Shown: piece after piece, positions 40,942-46,210 of the stretch
Position numbering within the stretch: position 1 is the stretch's first letter
Layout: each line of letters starts with the position of its first letter
DNA from: an uncultured Actinomycetes bacterium
GTDB taxonomy: Bacteria; Actinomycetota; UBA4738; HRBIN12
Assembly (NCBI GenBank): GCA_964640965.1
Contig: CAZXJB010000002.1
Coordinates: 1 to 46,210, forward strand
Direction: 5' to 3'
DNA length: 46,210 nucleotides
Notes under the pieces: model-generated
The model's input: only the letters and a program-made list of their open reading frames with translations
Databases searched by the model: none
Told to the model about the DNA's origin: nothing
Made by a program: the position numbers and the translations under genes

Positions 40942-41790
40942 TCAGGTGCGCATCGAGCTCATCAGCGACCCCACGATGAGCCCCCATCCGTCCACGAGCA
41001 CGAACAGCAGGAGCTTCAGCGGCAGCGAGATCACGACCGGCGGCACCATGACCATGCCGAGCGACATGAGCACCGACGAGACGACGAGGTCGATGACGAG
41101 GAACGGCAGGAACACGAGGAAGCCGATCGTGAAGGCCCGCCGCAGCTCCGAGATCACGAACGCCGGCACGAGGGCCCCCGCGGGGACGTCTCGCGGGCCC
41201 GAGGCCGTCCGCCCCGACGCCTCGAGGAACATCCGCAGGTCCTCCGGGTCGGTGTGGTCGAGCATGAAGGCCCGCAGGGGCGCGAAGCCCCGCTCGAGCG
41301 CGGTCTCGGTGCGGATCTCCCCGGCGAGCGCCGGCTGGAGCGCCCGCTCGTTCACCTGCGAGAAGACCGGCCCCATGGTGAAGAAGGTCATGAACAGCGC
41401 GAGCCCGATCAGGACCTGGTTCGGCGGGACCCCCTGGAGCCCGAGGCCGTTGCGGGCCAGCGCGAGCACGACCACGTACCTGGTGAACGAGGTCATGAGC
41501 AGGAGGATCGCGGGCGCGACCGACCCCACCGTGAGCAGCAGGATGATCAGGACGGTGCGCGAGAGCGCGGGGGCGTCCGAGCTGATCCGGATCCCGACCT
41601 CGTCCGATCCCTCGGGGGCGGGGCTCGGCGCGACGCCCTCGATCCGCGGGGGCCGCACGACGGGCGGCTCGGGCCGGACGGGCTCGGGGGGCGCGGCCCG
41701 CGCGACGCCGCCCCCGACCAGGACCAGGCCGAGGGTCAGGCCGACGAGCGCCCCGGCGAGGACGCGGCGACCCTCACCGGACGGCCACAT
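40942..41790 (-). CDS. fliP: flagellar export apparatus protein FliP
   Basis: LLLTVGSVAPAILLLMTSFTRYVVVLALARNGLGLQGVPPNQVLIGLALFMTFFTMGPV...FVISELRRAFTIGFLVFLPFLVIDLVVSSVLMSLGM. Confidence 0.92.
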   Translation of the reverse strand: MWPSGEGRRVLAGALVGLTLGLVLVGGGVARAAPPEPVRPEPPVVRPPRIEGVAPSPAPEGSDEVGIRISSDAPALSRTVLIILLLTVGSVAPAILLLMTSFTRYVVVLALARNGLGLQGVPPNQVLIGLALFMTFFTMGPVFSQVNERALQPALAGEIRTETALERGFAPLRAFMLDHTDPEDLRMFLEASGRTASGPRDVPAGALVPAFVISELRRAFTIGFLVFLPFLVIDLVVSSVLMSLGMVMVPPVVISLPLKLLLFVLVDGWGLIVGSLMSSMRT

Positions 41791-42241
41791 GGGGACGCCC
41801 CGACGTCCGCAGCGTCATCCGACGCAGCCGTTCGACGAGGCCCGTCCCTGGGCCGTCCGATGGATCCGAAGGAAGGTCGAGGGGCATGAGCGCGCCCTCG
41901 AGGACGGACGAGGCGCCGGGCGCGCGCCCGTGGAACCGAGCGCGACCGCGCGGGTCCGGGTGCGGCGCGGCGACGGGGGCCATGGCGCCCTGGGCGGGCT
42001 CGAGCTCCGCGAGCAGGCGGGGACCGCCGCGGTCGCCGCTGCCGACCAGGAACCGCCGGTCGTCCACCCCCACGAGGAACAGGGCGGTGCCCTTGGCCAG
42101 GCTGAGACGCCCGAGCAGCCGGAGGCCGGCGCCCGGCCCGGGGCGCACGCGCCGCAGCAGGCGCCCGGCGAGGAGCGCGCCGCCCACGACGAGCGCCAGG
42201 CTCCCGACGAAGCGGATCACCTGCTCGGCGGTGGCAGCCAC
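41774..42241 (-). CDS. fliO: FliO-like protein
   Basis: Single TM FVGSLALVVGGALLAG, then LRLLGRLSLAKGTALFLVGVDDRRFLVGSG. Lies between fliN and fliP. Confidence 0.65.
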   Translation of the reverse strand: MAATAEQVIRFVGSLALVVGGALLAGRLLRRVRPGPGAGLRLLGRLSLAKGTALFLVGVDDRRFLVGSGDRGGPRLLAELEPAQGAMAPVAAPHPDPRGRARFHGRAPGASSVLEGALMPLDLPSDPSDGPGTGLVERLRRMTLRTSGRPHVAVR

Positions 42242-42245
42242 CGTG

Positions 42246-42626
42246 TCAGGCCCCCTCGGGGTCGGTCGCCGCGGCCGGGTCCAGCACCTCGGTGATCCGC
42301 ACGCCGAACTCGTCGTCGACGACGACCACGTCCCCCCGGGCGACGAGCCGGCCGTTCACGAGCACGTCCACCGGTGCCCCCGGGGCCCGGTTCAGCTCGA
42401 TCACGCTGCCCTCCCGGAGGGAGAGCAGGTGCCGGACCTTCATGACCGCGCGGCCGAGCTCGACCGTCACGTCGAGGGGCACGTCCGAGAGCAGTCGGAG
42501 ATCCCCCGGCGTCCCGCGTGAGGTCCCCGGCCCGAGCTCCACCAGGTCGGCCGGCGCGACGTCCGCCGACCCCGACGGCGCGGCGCCCGGCTCCACCGTC
42601 CTCTCCCCGTCCGCGGTTGCGCTCAC
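42246..42626 (-). CDS. fliN: flagellar motor switch protein FliN
   Basis: C-terminal SpoA domain LLSDVPLDVTVELGRAVMKVRHLLSLREGSVIELNRAPGAPVDVLVNGRLVARGDVVVVDDEFGVRI. GTG 42626 (GTGA overlap with the fliM stop, GGAAGGAG SD) is preferred to ATG 42650. Confidence 0.88.
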   Translation of the reverse strand: MSATADGERTVEPGAAPSGSADVAPADLVELGPGTSRGTPGDLRLLSDVPLDVTVELGRAVMKVRHLLSLREGSVIELNRAPGAPVDVLVNGRLVARGDVVVVDDEFGVRITEVLDPAAATDPEGA

Positions 42627-43609
42627 GATCGGACTCCTTCCTCGCTCCATCCCACGATCCGCACGCCGAGCCGCCTTCCCCGTCGGCCGAGGTAACCCGC
42701 GAGCACGTCCACCCCCCGGACGAGGACCCGGACGGGCTCGTCCACCCGGTGGCTCGTCCGCAGCACGTCCCCGGGCTCCAGCGCCGCGAGCTCCCGAGCG
42801 GGGACGGTCGCCGGCAGGAGCCGTACCGCGACGGGGACGACGGCCTCCTCGAGGTGGGAGGCGATCGCTCCCGCTTGATCCGGCGTCGGCTCCTCCGGCT
42901 CGACCGGCTCCGTCACGGCGTGCCGTTGGAGCCGGTCCATCACCGGTTGCAGGGTCGGGTGGGGGTAGCACACGGTGAGCAGGCCCTCGACGGTGCTCGC
43001 GGCCGCGAGGGAGACGGTGTAGGAGAGCAGCAGCGTCGTCTCCGACGGCGGCACCACCTGCACGAAGCTCGGGTTCGTCTCGACGTGGAGGACCTCCGGC
43101 TCGACGGCGACGAGCGGCGCGAAGGTCTCGCGGAACGCCTCGATCGCGTACCGGACGATGTCCCCGAGCAGACGCGTCTCGAGCTCGGTCGGACGCCGGA
43201 TCGACACCGGCGATCCGAGCCCGCCGAGCGCCCGGTCGACGAGGACGAGGGCAAGGGGCACGCCCACCTCGACGATCACCTCGCCCGGCAGCGGTCGAAG
43301 GCCGACGAGCACGAGCACCGAGGGGTTCGGCAGCGAGCGGATGTAGTTCTCGTAGGTGATCTCCTCGATCGCCACGGGCCGCAGCTGGACGGAGGCTCGG
43401 AGCGCGTGCGCGATCGAGCTCGCGAACCGCCGCGAGAAGGTCTCGTGCAGACCCTCGAGGCTCCGGACGTGCTCCCTGGCGAACTTGCTCGGCCGGCGGA
43501 AGTCGAACGGCATGGGTCCACGCATCGGCAGCGCCGACGCGCCGTCCTCGAGCGTGGTGAACCCGTGGTCGATCAGCGCTACCCCCTGACGTGCCTTCCC
43601 TGCGGGCAC
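42623..43609 (-). CDS. fliM: flagellar motor switch protein FliM (start uncertain: GTG 43609 or ATG 43525)
   Basis: FDFRRPSKFAREHVRSLEGLHETFSRRFASSIAHALR...YENYIRSLPNPSVLVLV, plus a C-terminal SpoA-like region. Confidence 0.88.
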   Translation of the reverse strand: MPAGKARQGVALIDHGFTTLEDGASALPMRGPMPFDFRRPSKFAREHVRSLEGLHETFSRRFASSIAHALRASVQLRPVAIEEITYENYIRSLPNPSVLVLVGLRPLPGEVIVEVGVPLALVLVDRALGGLGSPVSIRRPTELETRLLGDIVRYAIEAFRETFAPLVAVEPEVLHVETNPSFVQVVPPSETTLLLSYTVSLAAASTVEGLLTVCYPHPTLQPVMDRLQRHAVTEPVEPEEPTPDQAGAIASHLEEAVVPVAVRLLPATVPARELAALEPGDVLRTSHRVDEPVRVLVRGVDVLAGYLGRRGRRLGVRIVGWSEEGVRS

Positions 43610-43636
43610 CGTCGGCTGTCCGGAGCCACGCTCAAG
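43609..43636 (-). promoter_or_regulatory. sigma-28-type motif between fliL and fliM
   Basis: The minus strand reads CTTGAG-N14-GCCGACGG. The -10-like box abuts or overlaps GTG 43609. Confidence 0.4.
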
Positions 43637-43647
43637 GGGTGCGACCG

Positions 43648-44109
43648 CTACTGAACGACGATCTGGGTGAGCACCACCTCGTAGATCGCCTCATCCCCGT
43701 ACACCTCGCTCGCCGCTTCGGCGAGCCGGTGCCGCAGCTCCTCCTGCCCCTTCAGGCTCTTCAGCTCGCGGCTCTCGAAGCCGCCGATGACGCGGATCGC
43801 CGCGTCCTTGAACAGCGGCAGACGCTCCTCGACCTCCTTCGAGTTCGCCGTGGTCGTCAGCACGATCGCGATGCCCGCCTGGGCGTAGTGGAAGCCGGCG
43901 TCGGCCAGGTTCACGGTGAGCGGGTCCATCGTGATGATCGTCCCTTCCTGCTCCTTCGGCTGCTGCCCCACCTCCGCGGCCGCGCCGCCGAGCAAGAGGG
44001 ACCGTCCCGCGAGACCCGCTCCGAGGAGCAGCACGATCGGCACGACGAGCTTCAGCTTGCCGCCCTTGCCCTTCTTCTCGCCCTTGTCCGCCTTGCCGTC
44101 CTTGGCCAT
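43648..44109 (-). CDS. fliL: flagellar basal-body-associated protein FliL
   Basis: Lys-rich N-terminus, one TM (LVVPIVLLLGAGLAG), then PLTVNLAD....YAQAGIAIVL...LPLFKDAAIRVI. Confidence 0.8.
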   Translation of the reverse strand: MAKDGKADKGEKKGKGGKLKLVVPIVLLLGAGLAGRSLLLGGAAAEVGQQPKEQEGTIITMDPLTVNLADAGFHYAQAGIAIVLTTTANSKEVEERLPLFKDAAIRVIGGFESRELKSLKGQEELRHRLAEAASEVYGDEAIYEVVLTQIVVQ

Positions 44110-44134
44110 CTCCGATCTCCTCCTCCGCGCGTGC

Positions 44135-44971
44135 CTACCCCCGCAGCAGCGCCGACCCCGACAGACGCTCCTCGACGCCCGCGTCGGCTCCGACCGCCCC
44201 CTCCTCGGGGAGCGTGCTGATCACGATCTCCACGCGTCGGTTGAGCGCCCGACCGGCCGCCGTGAGGTTCGTGGCGACCGGCCGGTACTCGCCGTAACCC
44301 ACGGCCGTCAGCCGTCGCGGGTCGATGCCGAACCCGTACTGGAGCAGGTGCACGACGGCGACCGCCCGGTCCGTCGAGAGGTTCCAGTTGTCGTACCCGT
44401 GGCGGTACAACGGCACGGTGTCGGTGTGGCCCTCGATGAGCAGCGGGTTGGAGAGCTCCCGCAGCGTCGGGGCGAGGGCCGCCACGATCTCGCGTCCGAG
44501 CGGGCTGACGCGGGCCGAGCCCGTCTCGAACAGCACCTGGTCGGTCGCCACGGCCACGACGAGCCCGCGGGGCCCGATCTCGAACCGGACCCGTCGCAGG
44601 AGCCCGGCCGCGCGCAGCTGCTCCCGGAGGTGCTCCTCGAGCAGCGGGAGCTCGCTCCGCGAGACGTGCCGGGGGTCGTTGTCCCAGCCGCCCTCGCCGA
44701 CGAGGCCGCCCGCCGCGTCCCCGGCGATGCTGCGGCGCTCGGCCGCGGGCTCGGCCCCACCCGTGCCGACGATGCCGCCGGACCCCTGCAGGACCCCGCC
44801 CCCGATCGCGGCCGGGTTGCCGAACGGCCCGAGCCCGCCCAGCAGCTCGTGGAACTTCTCCACGTTGACGCTGGAGATCCCGTACATCACGACGAACAGG
44901 GAGAACAGCAGCGTCATCAGGTCGCCGTAGGTGATGAGCCAGCGGGACTTCGGGTCGCCGACGGCCGCCAT
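44135..44971 (-). CDS. motB: flagellar stator protein MotB (OmpA-like C-terminus)
   Basis: WLITYGDLMTLLFSLFVVMY is the plug/TM segment with the conserved Asp. The OmpA-like region is IEGHTDTVPL......NWNLSTDRAVAVVHLL...GYGEYRPVATN.....NRRVEIVI. Confidence 0.88.
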   Translation of the reverse strand: MAAVGDPKSRWLITYGDLMTLLFSLFVVMYGISSVNVEKFHELLGGLGPFGNPAAIGGGVLQGSGGIVGTGGAEPAAERRSIAGDAAGGLVGEGGWDNDPRHVSRSELPLLEEHLREQLRAAGLLRRVRFEIGPRGLVVAVATDQVLFETGSARVSPLGREIVAALAPTLRELSNPLLIEGHTDTVPLYRHGYDNWNLSTDRAVAVVHLLQYGFGIDPRRLTAVGYGEYRPVATNLTAAGRALNRRVEIVISTLPEEGAVGADAGVEERLSGSALLRG

Positions 44972-45763
44972 CTACGCCGCCTCCTCGCCACGCCCCATCC
45001 TCGTCGCGTGCCCGACGCGCTCGGCGGGAGCGAGGCGCGCCTCGAGCCGCTCGATGAGCAGCCGCGCCGAGACCCCCTCGCGTACGGCGAGCACGCCCTC
45101 CAGGACGATCTCCCGCACGTGGGTCTCCAGCTCCGAGAGCCGGTCGAGCTTGTTCGCGATCGGCAGGTAGATCAGGTTGCCGAACACCACCCCGTAGAGC
45201 ACGCCGAGGAGCGCAAGCGCGATGCCGTGCCCGAGCTCGGAGGGCTCGGACAGGTGCCCCATCACGCCGATGATCCCGAGGATCGTGCCCATGAGGCCGA
45301 AGATCGGGGCGAAACCCGCCATCGCGTGGAAGAAGCGCGAGCTGGCGTGGTGGCGCTCCTGGGCCGAGGCGATCTCGGTCTCGAGCACCGCACGGACCTG
45401 CTCGCCGTCGACCCCGTCGACGACCATCTGCAGCCCCATCCGCATGAACGGATCCTCGATCGAGGGGAGCTCCGCCTCCAGGGCGAGCGTGCCCTCCTTG
45501 CGGGCCTTGTCCGCGAGACGCCCGAAGAGCGTGATGGCCTCATCGGCGCTCGGCGCCTTGCCTTTCATCGCGATGAGCAGCGCCTTGGTGAAGACCTTCA
45601 CGTCGTGGACGTCCGAGCCCATGACGGTCGCCCCGAGCGGGCCCAGCACCGCGAGGATCAACGCCGAGGGCCCGAAGAGCGCGCCGAGGCTGCCGCCCTC
45701 GAGGATGACCACCAGCAGGAGCGCGATGAGGCCTCCGGCGAGGCCGCCGAAGAACAGCCCCAT
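44972..45763 (-). CDS. motA: flagellar stator protein MotA
   Basis: 263 aa, 4 TM. FFHAMAGFAPIFGLMGTILGII...ALLGVLYGVVFGNLIYLPIANKL. Confidence 0.9.
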   Translation of the reverse strand: MGLFFGGLAGGLIALLLVVILEGGSLGALFGPSALILAVLGPLGATVMGSDVHDVKVFTKALLIAMKGKAPSADEAITLFGRLADKARKEGTLALEAELPSIEDPFMRMGLQMVVDGVDGEQVRAVLETEIASAQERHHASSRFFHAMAGFAPIFGLMGTILGIIGVMGHLSEPSELGHGIALALLGVLYGVVFGNLIYLPIANKLDRLSELETHVREIVLEGVLAVREGVSARLLIERLEARLAPAERVGHATRMGRGEEAA

Positions 45764-46026
45764 CAGTCCTCACTCCCGTCCTCGTTCAGCACGACCGGGA
45801 ACGGGACCACCTCCCCACGCTGCACCATCCGCAGCTCCTCGACCGCGGCGAGGATGGCCGCCCGGTGGAGGCGGGCACGCTCGACCAGCTCCTCCGGGGT
45901 GTCCGCCAGGATCAGCTTCTTCCCATCGACGAGGGTGACCACGGTGTCGGGGGTCGCCTCGATCGTCTCGATGAGGTCGTCGTTGAGGAACATCGGCTCG
46001 CCGCGCAGGCGATGGACGAGGATCAC
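45763..46026 (-). CDS. flbD: flagellar protein FlbD
   Basis: MILVHRLRGEPMFLNDDLIETIEATPDTVVTLVDGKKLILADTPEELVERA. GTG start with GGAGGTG SD. Confidence 0.85.
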   Translation of the reverse strand: MILVHRLRGEPMFLNDDLIETIEATPDTVVTLVDGKKLILADTPEELVERARLHRAAILAAVEELRMVQRGEVVPFPVVLNEDGSED

Positions 46027-46071
46027 CGTCGCACCTCCGTGTGCTCGACATCGCGGAACCGTCGGTTGTCG

Positions 46072-46092
46072 AGCCCCATCCCGTGGGGCTCG
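46072..46092. other. intergenic hairpin GAGCCCCA-5 nt-TGGGGCTC upstream of flbD
   Basis: Perfect 8-bp inverted repeat between a TAA at 46122-46124 (minus strand) and the flbD start. Confidence 0.4.
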
Positions 46093-46121
46093 CTTTGCCT
46101 GTCGGGCCGAGCGGCGGCCGC

Positions 46122-46210
46122 TTAACGGACCCCGGGCGCGGGCCGGACGACGTCGGGCGCGACGGCCTGGCGGGCGGACCCCCTCGAGACCCCGCCCGCC
46201 AGCCGCCGCG
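46122..46210 (-). CDS. 3' end of an unidentified upstream gene (partial)
   Basis: The minus-strand frame ending in TAA (46122-46124) has G/C at the third position in almost every codon (...ARQAVAPDVVRPAPGVR*). It does not look like a FlgE C-terminus. Very short, low information. Confidence 0.3.
   Translation of the reverse strand, partial: RRLAGGVSRGSARQAVAPDVVRPAPGVR

Noticed and set aside
46122-46210. Calling the partial gene at the right edge flgE, the usual neighbour of flbD.
   Set aside because: The C-terminal 28 aa (...ARQAVAPDVVRPAPGVR) do not resemble the conserved FlgE/rod-family C-terminus. Too little sequence to name it.
1-46210. Looked for prophage, toxin-antitoxin, restriction-modification, CRISPR-Cas or other known defence modules, and for rRNA genes.
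   Set aside because: I recognised none in any of the six frames. The accessory-looking content is limited to the mscL/repeat/tRNA region and the regulatory add-ons inside the flagellar locus.

Overview
The window is high-GC (over 70% by eye) with strong GC3 codon bias, which looks Actinomycetota-like. No searches were run, so all family names come from motifs I could read or from memory.

Positions 1-19.6 kb are mostly housekeeping:
- a divergent glnE (partial) / glnA pair, nadE and a SIMPL protein
- tRNA-Lys, a membrane-module + MFS fusion and DUF192
- mscL bracketed by two perfect 147-bp direct repeats, then tRNA-Glu/Asp/Phe
- three hypothetical genes, including a patch of atypical composition
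- 2-oxoacid dehydrogenase E1a/E1b/E2, a hotdog protein, an orphan receiver, and purM/purF

From 19.6 kb to the right edge is one large flagellar locus, almost entirely on the minus strand. In window order it reads fliA | M15 peptidase (+) | csrA-fliW-flgL-flgK-flgN | degenerate GGDEF (+) | fliH-fliG-fliF | small ORF-fliD-fliC-fliS-fliC | HD-GYP (+) | membrane ORF-flhF-like-flhA-flhB-Zn-ribbon ORF-fliR-Q-P-O-N-M-L-motB-motA-flbD.

Main hunt results:
1. A recurring bipartite motif, nTTnAG/C-N14-GCCGA(C/G)(C/G)G, sits just upstream of nine transcription units. It looks like the local sigma-28 (FliA) promoter. It pulls an M15 peptidase, an HD-GYP protein and a 40-aa zinc-ribbon ORF into the flagellar regulon.
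2. A GGDEF protein with a destroyed active site but a retained RxxD I-site sits where fliI would be expected.
3. A 1045-bp, 100% identical duplication carries flagellin plus its promoter, leader and terminator. Its junctions fall inside the start and stop codons of the neighbouring genes.
4. The flagellin leader has a layout consistent with CsrA/FliW control.
5. The FlhF-like protein lacks GTPase motifs, and no FlhG follows it.
6. The 147-bp repeats around mscL are rich in GGGTT(G/C)AC half-sites and contain a 50-nt hairpin.

I saw no CRISPR array, transposase, integrase, phage gene or recognisable defence gene. Many long alternate-frame ORFs in the track are high-GC artefacts.
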